A stretch of DNA of 64,000 nucleotides from Nitrospirota bacterium (lineage in GTDB: Bacteria > Nitrospirota > UBA9217): positions 261,962-325,961 of the forward strand of contig CAVPKD010000002.1 in NCBI GenBank assembly GCA_963705595.1, given 5' to 3'. Shown in pieces: positions 9,024 through 23,429 of the stretch (position 1 is the first letter of the stretch; each line of letters opens with the position of its first letter). The position numbers and the translations under genes were made by a program. The notes under the pieces are model-generated. The model saw only the letters and a list, made by a program, of their open reading frames with translations, did no database searches and had not been told where the DNA came from.

Positions 9024-11645
9024 TCATCGTACCGTGCTCCTTTTCTTCACGAACTCGATCTCCTCTTCCCTGTTTCTGACCTCTCCGTCCAGTTTCGCGT
9101 CCAGCAGTTCGGCAAGGAGCTTCCGGTATTTCGGTCCGGGCGGGATGCCCAGAGTCCTGAGATCATCGCCCGTGATCGTGACCTTGACGTTGCGAAGGTG
9201 CATGAGGTAGAGGGAAATGTACTTTTTGGCCGTATCCTGCCTGGCTTTTGCCATCACCAGAAGGATCGACTCGGTCTGCAGCGGCGCAAGAAGGTCGTAC
9301 ACTCGGCTCGGCGGGAGATTAGTCTCCTTGTAGAAGATGTAGAGCACCCCGCGGTATCGTTCCCGCGCTTCAAGCACCCTCTCTCGGACCCTCGCAGGGA
9401 CCGCAAGCCGTTCGAGCGCCTCCTTGACGGCGGCATCCTTCAAGCGGTCCAGGAGGCCGAGAAAGTAAACGAACCACTTCTCGATCCTGATGTCCAGATA
9501 GAGGAGACGGAACCAGGTGAGTGTCTCCGCTATGTGGCCAAAGAGCCGTTCCGTTTCCATAGAACTTTTAAGGTTCGGATGGATGAATTTGAGAAGGTCA
9601 AAGTCCTTCATGCGCTTCTGGACCTTGACTGGCTCCGCCTCCGAGAACATGAGCACCAGCTCGTTGTACATCCTTTCGCCCGTGAGCTTGTGGAACAGCT
9701 TCATGTTCACTGCGGTCTTGATCAGGTTCTGGGTGTGCTTGCTCAGGCGGAAATCGAAGCGCTGCTCGAATCGGATTGCACGAAGCACGCGCGTCGGATC
9801 CTCCACGAATGAAAGGCTGTGGAGGACGCGGATCGTTTTCTCCTTGATATCCCGCAGGCCTCCGAAAAAATCGATGAGTTCCCCGTAGCGCTTCCGGTTC
9901 AACCGCACGGCGAGGGTATTGATCGTGAAATCACGGCGGTAGAGGTCCTTTTTGATGGAAGAGAGCTCGACGGTGGGTAGAGCGGCCGGTGACTCGTAAT
10001 ACTCGAGCCGGGCAGTTGCGATGTCGAGCTTCAGTCCGTTCGGGAGCATGACGACAGCCGTGCCGAACTTCTGGTGAGTCTTCATGCGGCCACCGGCACG
10101 CTTCACAAGCATGCCCGCGAATGTTATCCCGTCGCCTTCCACCACGATATCGATGTCGAGGTTGGTAACACGCAGGAACAGGTCGCGCACGATGCCGCCG
10201 ACGAGATAGACCGGGAACCCCGCCTCGTCGGCAACCTCGCCGACTGTCCTGAGCGCATCACATATCTCCGGCGGTAGCCGTTCCTCGATCAGTCTCTTGA
10301 TGTTCCTGGTGGAACGCAAACCGAAATCGTTCCGTTCGGGGACCTCTGCCAGCCGTTCTTCGTGCAGGGAACGGAGGAGATCGGTACGGGTGATCGCTCC
10401 CACAAGCATGCTGCTGCGGTCGAGCACCGGGATGAACCGCTGGTGCTCTTCGATCATGATCCGCTCCACCTGAGCCATGGGTGTGTCAGGAGATACGACC
10501 GGGCCACCGGTGGTCATAAACTCTTCGACCTTCTGCTTGCCCAGCCCATGGAACAGCGCCTTCTGCACGACCTCGCGCGTAATGATCCCCTGGAACTTTT
10601 CGTTGCTCAGGACGGGCAGCACGTTCACGCTGAATCGGGTCATGGCCTCGTTCGCCTCCTGGATGGTGCTTCCGGACGGAATGGTCTTGACCGGAGAGGT
10701 CATGATCTCGCTCGCGACCGGACCAGGTTTGATGTGGTGTTTCAGGACATCGATCAGGCGTTCCTTGGTCTGCAGGTAGGTCATGTCCTTGACCACCGCT
10801 GATGCCGCTGTCGCATGGCCGCCACCGCCCAGCTCTTCGAGCACCTCGCCGGCGTTCACCTGTGGGATCCTGCAACGTCCAATGACGTGCGTCTTGTCGC
10901 CCATCTGCACCACGAGGAAAAGCACATCGAGGCTTTCCATGTCCCTGATCTTATGCGCCAGGTTCGCCAGGTCCGGGACATATTGGTGGGTGGCCATGGC
11001 CGCGATCACAACGCGGACTCCATTGATATCATAGCTCGTGGCGGCCGTAATAAGGTCGTTCAGGATCGCGATTTGTTCTGCGGTAAGCTCGCGGGAAATG
11101 AAATCGGAAACGATGTTTAGTTGTGCGCCCTGGGAGATGAGGTATGCCACAGCCTGCACGTCACGTTCCGTGGTCGACACAAAGGTAAGCGAACCAGTCT
11201 CCTCGTAAATACCGAGGGCAAAGATCGTGGCCTCGAGCTGCGTGATCGGCATCCCCTTCTGCCGCAGCAGTTCTACCATGATCGTGGTCGTGGCCCCGAT
11301 CATCTCCACGATTTCGAATTCTCCCCTGATGTCTCCTTCCTTAGTCGGATGGTGGTCATAGATATGCACGGAGACGCCCGGTCGTCCGAGAGCGCCAGCA
11401 AGCTTGCCCAAGCGGGCAGGATTCCGGTTATCAACAATGATAAGCCTGGTGACGCTGTCGACGTCAACATTCTTGAGCCGTTCCGCCTCCACGGCATAGA
11501 ACGTGGATTCGAGAAAAAAATCCCTCATGCTTTTTTCCTGGGAGCCGGGAAAGACGAGCGTGGCCTCGGGATAAAGCTTCTTCGCCGCGACCATGGAGGC
11601 CAGGGCATCGAAATCTGCATTCGTATGGCTGGTGATTACATCCAT
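9024..11645 (-). CDS. Multidomain DHH-DHHA1 phosphoesterase / tandem CBS / tRNA nucleotidyltransferase-poly(A) polymerase head-domain protein.
   Basis: Intact 873 aa. DHH N-terminus (ITSHTNADFDALAS), a GGGGH DHHA1 motif, two CBS repeats, then GGIVRDLFL...DIDIVVEGDG...DIATARLEYY...RRDFTINTLA (nucleotidyltransferase head). Confidence 0.8.
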   Translation of the reverse strand: MDVITSHTNADFDALASMVAAKKLYPEATLVFPGSQEKSMRDFFLESTFYAVEAERLKNVDVDSVTRLIIVDNRNPARLGKLAGALGRPGVSVHIYDHHPTKEGDIRGEFEIVEMIGATTTIMVELLRQKGMPITQLEATIFALGIYEETGSLTFVSTTERDVQAVAYLISQGAQLNIVSDFISRELTAEQIAILNDLITAATSYDINGVRVVIAAMATHQYVPDLANLAHKIRDMESLDVLFLVVQMGDKTHVIGRCRIPQVNAGEVLEELGGGGHATAASAVVKDMTYLQTKERLIDVLKHHIKPGPVASEIMTSPVKTIPSGSTIQEANEAMTRFSVNVLPVLSNEKFQGIITREVVQKALFHGLGKQKVEEFMTTGGPVVSPDTPMAQVERIMIEEHQRFIPVLDRSSMLVGAITRTDLLRSLHEERLAEVPERNDFGLRSTRNIKRLIEERLPPEICDALRTVGEVADEAGFPVYLVGGIVRDLFLRVTNLDIDIVVEGDGITFAGMLVKRAGGRMKTHQKFGTAVVMLPNGLKLDIATARLEYYESPAALPTVELSSIKKDLYRRDFTINTLAVRLNRKRYGELIDFFGGLRDIKEKTIRVLHSLSFVEDPTRVLRAIRFEQRFDFRLSKHTQNLIKTAVNMKLFHKLTGERMYNELVLMFSEAEPVKVQKRMKDFDLLKFIHPNLKSSMETERLFGHIAETLTWFRLLYLDIRIEKWFVYFLGLLDRLKDAAVKEALERLAVPARVRERVLEARERYRGVLYIFYKETNLPPSRVYDLLAPLQTESILLVMAKARQDTAKKYISLYLMHLRNVKVTITGDDLRTLGIPPGPKYRKLLAELLDAKLDGEVRNREEEIEFVKKRSTVR

Positions 11646-11711
11646 CGTTCAATTTCGGCTCGCGGCATGCAGATTGCAAATTCGAATCCTCATTTTGAAA
11701 TCCGCAATTAA

Positions 11712-12593
11712 TTATCCTCTCGGATGGTACTTCTCATGTATCTTCCTGAGCCTCTCCATCGAGACATGGGTATAGATCTGCGTCGTGGAAATATCCGAAT
11801 GGCCGAGCATGGCCTGAACCGCCCGTAGATCGGCGCCGTTATCGAGAAGGTGTGTGGCAAACGAGTGGCGCAGCGTATGCGGCGATATGGCCGTGCCGAT
11901 GCCGGCCTTCAGGGCATAAAATTTTATCCGCTCCCAGAACATCTGTCTGGTTATGCCCCTCCGCTTCGAGCTGATGAACAGAAGGTCTGAATCGTTGCCG
12001 TTCAGGAGGGCCGTCCGACCGCTCTCGAGATATCGCCTTACCGCAGCCGCCGCGACCTCTCCCATGGGCACAGCCCGTTCCTTCGATCCCTTTCCCATAA
12101 CAATGAGGAACCCTCGTTCGAGGTTTATGTCCTGGAGCCTAAGCCCGACCAGCTCGCTCACCCGAAGCCCCGTAGCGTAGAGAAGCTCGAGCATAGCCTT
12201 GTCCCGGAGTCCGATCAGTGTTACCGTGTTGGGTTGGGCGAGGAGGGCATCGACACCAGCCGTTGAAAGCGTCTTCGGCAGCCGCTTCCACCCCCGCAGC
12301 GTTTCGAGGTTCACGGTCGGGTCCGTCCGTGCCAGGCCGTCGATGATCAGGTATTTATGAAGCCCCCGGACCGCAGCAAGACTACGCGCTATGGACGGCA
12401 TTGATATCCCGGAAGACGATAGATGTGAGATAAAGGAGACCAAATCGTTCTGCGTTATTTCATCGTGACTTTTGTCCTTCATAAAAAGCAGATACTTGTG
12501 CAAATCTCTCTCGTAAGACTCCACCGTATTCCTGGCTAGCCCTTTTTCAACGGCCAGAAAATCGAGAAACTTTTTGAGAATATCGTCTTTCAT
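11712..12593 (-). CDS. xerD: Tyrosine site-specific recombinase XerD.
   Basis: Intact 293 aa. HTLRHSFATHLLDNGADLRAVQAMLGHSDISTTQIYTHV...RLRKIHEKYHPRG has the catalytic R..H..R..Y and a XerD-like C-terminus. Confidence 0.8.
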   Translation of the reverse strand: MKDDILKKFLDFLAVEKGLARNTVESYERDLHKYLLFMKDKSHDEITQNDLVSFISHLSSSGISMPSIARSLAAVRGLHKYLIIDGLARTDPTVNLETLRGWKRLPKTLSTAGVDALLAQPNTVTLIGLRDKAMLELLYATGLRVSELVGLRLQDINLERGFLIVMGKGSKERAVPMGEVAAAAVRRYLESGRTALLNGNDSDLLFISSKRRGITRQMFWERIKFYALKAGIGTAISPHTLRHSFATHLLDNGADLRAVQAMLGHSDISTTQIYTHVSMERLRKIHEKYHPRG

Positions 12594-12756
12594 AATAATG
12601 CCGACACTGCTGCCTCTAAATTTTATTCTATGTTATCACAGCGGAAAAAGCAAGTAAGGGATATATTGATCGCAGGAGAATGATGATATTCTGGCCGCAC
12701 GAATGGGGTGTTGACGGATCAGGTCATGACCCTGAAACCTTTGGAGCGCTCTCAAC

Positions 12757-13162
12757 TCAAATGATGTCGAACCGTTTCATCCTTCTCTGGAAAGCATCGC
12801 GCAGCATTTTAAGATGCTGCGCCGCCTTTGTCTGGTTTCCTATCGACATTTCAAGGGCCGTCCTTGCCAGGGCGTTCTCCACATCTTCAATGGAGAATAC
12901 TGTTTCCGGAATGACAAACCCATAAAGCGAGACCGAGGTGCCCGTTCTATGCGGTACTTTCAATCCGTGTTTCCAGGATCTCCTGGGCAAGATGCTCCGG
13001 GAGAATCTCTTTGTCAACATCCAGGGTCATCGCATGCTCCATAACATCCTTCAGTTCCCGCATGTCCCCGGGCAAAGAGTAAGCAATTAGGTTCTGCTCA
13101 GCTTCATTGAATATCTCCTGCACGTTCTTATGGCTCCCGATTGAAGAGGATGCGATCCTCAC
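12757..13162 (-). pseudogene. 5'-truncated remnant of a sigma-54-dependent (NtrC-family) transcriptional activator. Only the end of the AAA+ domain and the Fis-type HTH remain, and they are split by a frameshift.
   Basis: ORF 12947..13162 contains YSLPGDMRELKDVMEHAMTL (compare WPGNVRELENVIERAVIL). ORF 12757..13020 ends ALEMSIGNQTKAAQHLKMLRDAFQRRMKRFDII (Fis-type HTH). No Walker or GAFTGA region lies upstream, because the pyrD stop abuts it. Confidence 0.5.
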
Positions 13163-14096
13163 CCGGTGCTCACTCTCCCAATGAGATCTTTTATGTCATC
13201 GACGCCCTGTTCCTCCATCACGTTCTCGATGCCCGACAGGACCTCGAGTGTTGCCAATGGATTCATGAAATTTGCCGTCCCCACAGCTACGGCTGAAGCG
13301 CCGGCAAGAATGAACTCCAATGCATCCTCTCCGGTTACGATGCCGCCCATACCGATGATCGGCAGCTGAACCTTCTTGGCCACCTGCCACACCATGCGCA
13401 CGGCCACGGGCCTGATCGCGGGACCGGACAGACCGCCGGTACAGTTCGCAAGCCGCGGCCTCCGGCACCGCACATCGATCGCCATGCCAAGGAGCGTATT
13501 GATGAGCGAGAGCCCGTCGCATCCCGCGTCACGCGCGGCACTGGCAAAGTCGGTCACGTCGGTCACGTTCGGCGATAGCTTGGCGATGAGTGGCAGCCGT
13601 GTTTTTTTCCGGATTGCGGAAAGAAGTCCGAATGTCGCCCGAGGTCCGTACCGAAGGCCATGCCGCCAGCCTTCACGTTCGGGCAGGAAATGTTCACCTC
13701 AATGCCTGAAACACCTGGAGCTCCGTCGAGCCGTTCAGCCACACCCACGTACTCTTCAAGGCTGTAGCCGAACATGTTCACGATCACCGCGGTGTCGAAT
13801 TTCCTGAGGAAGGGAAGTTTTTCGCTTAGGAACACGTCGACGCCGGGGTTTTCGAGCCCGATGGCGTTCAACATGCCCGACGGTGTTTCCCAGATCCGCG
13901 GCGGAGGGTTGCCCGTGATCGGCTTGAGCGAGATGCCCTTAACGATCACACCGCCGAGCTTGTTCAGGTCAACGAACTCCGCGAACTCCTCGCCGTATCC
14001 GAACGTGCCTGAGGCGGTCAGCACGGGGTTCTTGAGCTTGATCCCGGCGATGTTCACGGAGAGATCGGGTCTTGCTGGTACTTGTATTTTTGTCAT
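13159..14096 (-). CDS. pyrD: Dihydroorotate dehydrogenase catalytic subunit (class 1B). One apparent indel near 13570-13600.
   Basis: ORFs 13563..14096 (MTKIQ...[16 protein letters not shown]...[10 protein letters not shown]) and 13159..13566 (...[31 protein letters not shown]). Confidence 0.85.
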
Positions 14097-14329
14097 GATA
14101 AGTAATAAATCTTAAATCCCATAACGTAAAGTTTTTACCACACAGGCGTGAAGTGCGCCGAGGAAATCATAAGAGTCATTACAATAATCAAATTTGGGAT
14201 TGCTTGGTCGCGACGGTCTTTGCAATGATGCAACTGTAATTGCATTTGAATACATTCTTCGCTCTCATCTGCACTTCGCATCTTTCGCGGTTTAAAGATT
14301 TTAGCTCTGGCTCGCCAGGGCTAGGCTCC

Positions 14330-15160
14330 TTACCTTCGGTGTGGAATTGGTAATCGGATCTGCTCTCCCCACTCGATCTCCCGCGAGTCGAACACCGGCC
14401 CCTCTTTGCAGGCCCGCTTGTACCCGCCCTACCTTCATCGGGATCGAGCAGCCCATGCAGGCGCCGAGACCGCAGGCCATGCGCTCTTCCATCGAGACAT
14501 AACAGGGGATCGAATGTTCCGCAGCTATCCTGCTCACCGCCGCAAGCATGGCATGGGGACCGCAGGCGTAGAGCACGAGATGGGTCTTCTGCTCCATCTT
14601 CGTCAGGAACGCATTCAGGATATCGGTGGACATCCCCCTGGTACCCGTACTTCCATCTTCAGTCGCTATATGCACCTTTAAGATAGTGTCTTTAAAATTC
14701 TTTATGATGCCGCTTGGCGGCAGACATTCTTTATTTTGTCGAACCGATGAAGAGGTGGGCGCGCGAGCCGGCGCGCTGAGACAGAAAATGCAAGCGGAGG
14801 AAAACCGCTTCCGCCGGCAACCAGAACCGGCGTCATGCCTTTGTCCGGCATCGGAAAACCTTTTCCGAGCGGACCGAGCAGGTTCAGCGTATGACCGGAC
14901 CTCCATGCCGGTGAGCAGTGCGGTGCCCCTCCCGACGACACGGTACACTATCTCGATGGATGATTTTGAAGGAACGGAAGAGATGCCGAAGGGACGGGCG
15001 AGGAGGGGGTCCAGGTTCTCTGATACCCTGAGCATTACGAACTGGCCCGGAAGCGCGGCAGCGGCCACTTCCGGGGCCTTGAGCACAAGGCGGTAGTATC
15101 CCCTGCCGGCAGGCTTGTGTGAAAGTATCGTTGCCTTGTGCAGCCTATTCGAAGGGCAAT
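14330..15160 (-). CDS. pyrK: Dihydroorotate dehydrogenase electron-transfer subunit. It has several apparent indels, and the N-terminus is approximate.
   Basis: ...GYYRLVLKAPEVAAAALPGQFVMLRV, NLLGPLGKGFPMPDKGMTPVLVAGGSGFPPLAF, ACGPHAMLAAVSRIAAEHSIPCYVSMEERMACGLGACMGCSIPMK. I translated the true C-terminus as GGYKRACKEGPVFDSREIEWGEQIRLPIPHRR with the stop at 14330. Confidence 0.8.
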
Positions 15161-15164
15161 CTCT

Positions 15165-15624
15165 ATCTCCTGTATTTCGTATTCCACGGTCTTGGCCGGC
15201 GTCTTGATCGTTACGACATCGCCAACCTTGTGTCCGATGAGCGCCTTGCCCACGGGAGACTGTATCGATATCTTCCCCTTTTTAAGGTCCGCCTCTTCCT
15301 GGCCGACCAGCGTGTACTTTTTAATGTCGCCGGATTCGGTGTCCGCGAGCGTCACCGTCGCGCCGAACACCACTTTCTCGTTCGAGAGCTTCGAGACGTC
15401 GATGATCTGGGCATGGGCAAGCTTATTTTCCAGTTCGCGTTTCTTGGCGTCGAGATGGCCCTGCCGTTCCTTGGCGGCGTGGTACTCCGCGTTCTCCGAC
15501 AGGTCGCCGTGTGCACGTGCTTCTTCGATGTCCTTGATGTTCTTGGGCCGCTCGACCTTGATGATGCGGTCAAGCTCCTGTTTGAGCTTCTCGTAGCCCT
15601 CTTTGGTCATGGGGATCTTCTGTG

Positions 15625-15628
<4 letters not shown>
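15165..15628 (-). CDS. greA: Transcription elongation factor GreA. The 3' end is uncertain.
   Basis: [60 protein letters not shown]...VEYEIQEIE. The start ATG overlaps the carB stop (ATGA). Confidence 0.85.
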
Positions 15629-18936
<3,308 letters not shown>

Positions 18937-19059
18937 GTAATCCTCTACCTCACAGTCCCGATAATCTGAATAACGTCCAAGAGGAAAGGGGGAAATGGAT
19001 GACGGAGAATAAAGATACTGTCATTCCTGATTTCCCTTCTTCCTCTTGCCCATTTTGCC

Positions 19060-19966
19060 TTAGTCAATGTCTTGTATCCATCCGTTTTCCAGTCCATACT
19101 TCTGCATGATATGGTAGGCCTCTTCGTACTCCTCAGACGTGATCCTTCGCGACATCTCCTTGATCTCCTGCGCCTTGTATGCCGGGAAGTACTGGGACAT
19201 GAGGCTGATGTACACGTCCTTTGAGATTTCGTCCGCGAGGAACTTCATGATCCCCTCGGTCCCGGAGAGTCCACCGGGCAGGACCAGATGGCGGATGATC
19301 AGCCCTCGCTTCGCGATACCGCTCTCATCGAGCACCAGGTTACCGACCTGCCGATACATCTCCTTGATCGCCGCTCGGTTGATCTCCGGGTAGTGAGGCG
19401 CGATCGAGTACGTGCAGGGCTGCAGCTTCATCCGAGTACCGCATGTCCGGCAGATAGATATCAACGATGCCGTCGAGCAGCCGGAGCGCTTCCAGCGACT
19501 CATACCCGCTCGTGTTGTACACGATCGGCAGGATGAAGCCGCGTTCCCGCGCAATGCCGAACGCCTTCAGGATCTGCGGCATGAAGTGCGTCGGCGTCAC
19601 CAGATTCAGGTTGTGGCACCCCTGTTCCTGCAGCCAGAGCATCTGACATGCCAGCTCGCCCGGCGTGCGTTCCACGCCGTTCCCCAGTTGGCTGATGGGA
19701 TAGTTCTGGCAGTATACGCAGCGCAGATTGCAGTTGGTCAGAAAGATCGTGCCCGAGCCTCTGGTCCCCGAAAGCGGCGGTTCTTCACCGTGATGTGGGC
19801 TGACGCTCGAGATAACGGGATTTAATCCTGACCTGCAGAAACCAATTTTGTCGTTCTTCAATCGGTTCACCCCGCATTCGCGGGGGCAGACACGGCAGGA
19901 TTCCAGCAGTTTGTAGGCCGCCTCGATCCGTTTTTGCAATTCTGTTTCTGAAATCGTTGCAGTCAT
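19060..19966 (-). CDS. Radical SAM enzyme of the AmmeMemoRadiSam / PFL-activase-like type. One apparent indel near 19450.
   Basis: N-terminal Cys cluster CRVCPRECGVNR...GFC followed by the radical SAM motif LTNCNLRCVYCQN. The C-terminal piece is 19060..19554. Confidence 0.7.
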
Positions 19967-19998
19967 GTAAACCGTTCAACCACTAAGTTACAAAAGCA

Positions 19999-21187
19999 CT
20001 AGGAAACATTTCGCTGGTATTTAACTTCGTGACTTGGTGCCTTCGTGGCAATTTTGTCCGTTATCTTTGTCTTATGCTTCTCCATCATCTCCACGAATCG
20101 CTGGAACAGATACCTGCTGTCGTGCGGCCCGGGAGACGCCTCGGGATGGTACTGGACGGAAAACGCAGGCAGGGTCTTGTGCTGCATTCCTTCGCAGGTC
20201 TTGTCATTCAGATTCACATGCGTCAACACGACTTTATCCTTCACGGTCTCCATGTCCACGGCAAAACCGTGATTTTCCGCTGCGATCTCTACCTTGCGCG
20301 TGGTCAAGATCCATGATCGGCTGGTTTCCGCCATGATGACCGAACTTGAGCTTGTAGGTCCTTCCGCCAAGAGCGAGCCCCAGAAGCTGCTGCCCCAGAC
20401 AGATGCCGAAGATAGGCTTCTTGCCCAGGAGCTTTCTGATGTTCTCGATCGCATAGATAACGGGCTCCGGGTCACCAGGCCCGTTCGACAGGAACACGCC
20501 GTCGGGGTTCATGGCGAGCACCTCTTCGGCAAGCATCGTTGCCGGAACAACGGTGACATCGCAGCCAGCACTCGTGAGCAGGCGGAGGATATTCCGCTTG
20601 ATGCCGTAATCGTACGCAACAACTTTATACTTTGTTGATGACTTCCGCGCGTACCCTTTTTCCAGGTTCCAGTCGCCCTCATCCCAGGTATACGGCATTT
20701 TGCATGTAACATCCTTAACCAGGTCAAGGCCGCTCATATTCGGAAGGACCCTGGCCTTGGTCACCAGGCTCTCGGGATTCTTGTCCTTCGTTGAGATGAT
20801 GCCCGGTTGTGCACCGAAATCGCGCAAATGACGGGTCAGCGCCCGCGTATCGATTCCCTGGATGCCGACAATACCGTTCTCCTGCAGATACTGATGGAGG
20901 GATTTCTTCGTCCTCCAGTTGCTCGGGAAATCGATGTATTCCTTCACGATGAAGCCTTCGACATATGGTCTGCCGGACTCCACGTCTTCGTCGTTCACAC
21001 CGTAGTTCCCGATCTGGGGGTAGGTCATCGTGACAATCTGGCCTTTGTACGACGGGTCGGTCAGGATCTCCTGGTACCCGGTCATGCTCGTATTGAACAC
21101 GACCTCACCCGAAGTCTCGCCTTCCGCCCCGAAGGAGTATCCTTCGAAGACCATTCCGTCAGCCAATGCAAGAATCGCTTTTTTCAT
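19999..21187 (-). CDS. carA: Carbamoyl-phosphate synthase small (glutamine amidotransferase) subunit. An indel near 20300.
   Basis: [63 protein letters not shown], GATase [13 protein letters not shown], and a C-terminal piece ending ...[15 protein letters not shown]. Confidence 0.85.
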
Positions 21188-21234
21188 TCTCCGCCCCTTC
21201 CTTCATTCCGCGTTCCGCCATCCAAAATCCGATA

Positions 21235-22110
21235 TTAGAATTTGTCTCGTATCTTCCCGTTTATATCCACGACTTCTCCGCTCACGTTGTCTCCGTCAAC
21301 GGTTACCAGGACGAAGTGATGAAATCCACCGTCCTTCTCGTCAGCATAAAGTGGCGCACCGCCTCCGCCGGTGATAATATGATTGATGCCATCCACAATC
21401 TGCCGTAGGTAAAGATGCTCATGCCCGGAAAACACAACGTCAACTTTATTTTTCACGAAAAGCGCTTCCAGCCTGTCCCTCTCTTTCGGATATCTGTCGA
21501 GGCTGTTGCCTGCGTGCTTCCCCTTCCGGGAGTCAGTATAGAGGGGATGGTGCAGGAATACAAATTTATGTTTCTGTTTTGAATTCGAGAGAACACCTTC
21601 CAGCCATGTATACTGCTCCCCCGTGATTTTCTTTTCTTGGTCGTCGATATAAGTATCGAGCACAATAAAGAGCGAGTTTCCTGCTATAAAGGAATAGTAT
21701 AGTTCGTTCCCGGGAAGGTTGACCTGTTCCTTATATGTTGTTTCACTGCCCAAGACCTTTGAATGCAAATCATGATTTCCCACGGTCAGGAAGTATGGTA
21801 CCGTGATGGGCTTGGACATTTCCCAGAACTTTGCCCATTCCTGCTTATCTCCGGGCGTCGCTATCATGTCGCCAGTGTTCACGATAAAATCCGGCTTGTG
21901 TTCCATCACTATTTTTACCAGCGTGCGGTACACATCATCACCTGAGCGGTTGTCACCAAGAACCACGAAGTTGAACTGTGTCGGGAGTTTCTCCAGGTCG
22001 GCAAACTTCCGGTTAATCTGCTGAGCCGACGCCGCACATGCGGATTCTAGGGTCAAAACGATGAGGAGAAGCGTACCGATGTACTTATGCTTACGATTCA
22101 TTTTACCCAT
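21235..22110 (-). CDS. Secreted metallophosphoesterase (calcineurin-like), embedded in the pyr operon.
   Basis: Intact 291 aa with a signal peptide. Motifs include VLGDNRSGDD, NTGDMI, GNHDL, GHEHLY and ITGGGGAP. Confidence 0.75.
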   Translation of the reverse strand: MGKMNRKHKYIGTLLLIVLTLESACAASAQQINRKFADLEKLPTQFNFVVLGDNRSGDDVYRTLVKIVMEHKPDFIVNTGDMIATPGDKQEWAKFWEMSKPITVPYFLTVGNHDLHSKVLGSETTYKEQVNLPGNELYYSFIAGNSLFIVLDTYIDDQEKKITGEQYTWLEGVLSNSKQKHKFVFLHHPLYTDSRKGKHAGNSLDRYPKERDRLEALFVKNKVDVVFSGHEHLYLRQIVDGINHIITGGGGAPLYADEKDGGFHHFVLVTVDGDNVSGEVVDINGKIRDKF

Positions 22111-22128
22111 GGCCCTTGCTACTTGACC

Positions 22129-23395
22129 CTAGATTTTTCCGCCCACAATCGTCTGGACCGCTTTACCTCTCAGTTTCCATCCATCGAAGGGTGTATTCTT
22201 CGATTTCGATTTGAACTGAGATGCATCCACCGTCCAGTCCTCATTCAAATCAATGATGCGTTATATCAGCATCCGCACCCACCGAAAGTGTCCCTTTGTT
22301 CAGATTGAGGATCAATGCAGGATTGACGCTGAGCTTGCGGATCACTTCGGCTAGTGAGAGCATTCCTTCATGCCACAAGCTTGAGCGTCAGCCCGAGGGC
22401 TGTCTCGAGTCCGACGATGCCGAAGGGCGCGTAATCGAACTCGCCTGACTTCTCGTCCATGGCATGAGGCGCATGGTCCGTCACGATCACATCAATGGTC
22501 CCGTCCTTGAGACCCTGCTTGATCGCGGCGACATCGTCCGCTGTACGGAGCGGCGGGTTCATCTTCGCCATGGTATTGTACCCCCGCACCGCCTCTTCGG
22601 TCAAAGAAAAGTAGTGCGGGCAGGTCTCAGCCGTGACCTTCACTCCTCGGGATTTCGCATCGCGGATCAGCCGCACGGAACCTGCAGTGCTCACATGAGC
22701 GATATGGAGCCTGCAGCCCGTCAGCTCGGCCAGCGAGATGTCCCGGGCGGTCATCACGTCCTCGGCCGCACGGGGTATGCCCCGGAGCCCGAGTTCGGTC
22801 GAGACTATACCTTCGTTCATCACCCCTTTGACGGACAGTGTGCTGTCCTCGCAGTGAGAGATAATGAGCATGTCGAATATCTTCGAGTATTCCATGGCGC
22901 GGCGCATCATGGCCGCGTTCATCAACGGGTTTGCCGTCGTCCGAGACCGCGACGCATCCGGCAGCATGGAGTTCGCCCATCTCGGCCAGTTCCTCGCCCT
23001 TCGAGCCCTTGGTGATCGCACCGATGGGAAAAACCCGTGCCGATGCGCTTCTCGCCTGGGACAAGGATGAACTCGGTGATCGAGCGGTTGTCGTTCACCG
23101 GGTTCGTATTCGGCATGCAGCAGACCGAGGTGAACCCGCCGGCCTTTGCCGCTGCGGTCCCGGTCGCGATCGTTTCCTTATACTCGAACCCCGGCTCACG
23201 CAGATGCACGTGCATGTCGATGAGGCCCGGGACAACGAGCTTGCCCGCAGCGTCGATGACCTGACTGCCGTTCGCCGGGAGCGAGCCCGGTTTGCCGAGC
23301 TTCGCGATCTTGCCGTCGGACACGAGGACGTCGAGTTTCTCGTCCACCTTGTTCGCTGGATCGATGATATGACCGTTTTTGATAAGAATATTCAT
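22129..23395 (-). CDS. pyrC: Dihydroorotase. It is fragmented by three or more apparent indels.
   Basis: [15 protein letters not shown]...[27 protein letters not shown], then HCEDSTL...[18 protein letters not shown]...DHAPH. I translated the C-terminus as [40 protein letters not shown], with the stop at 22129. Confidence 0.85.
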
Positions 23396-23429
23396 ATAAC
23401 CTTATTCGCCAGAGACGTCAGAGTAACAG

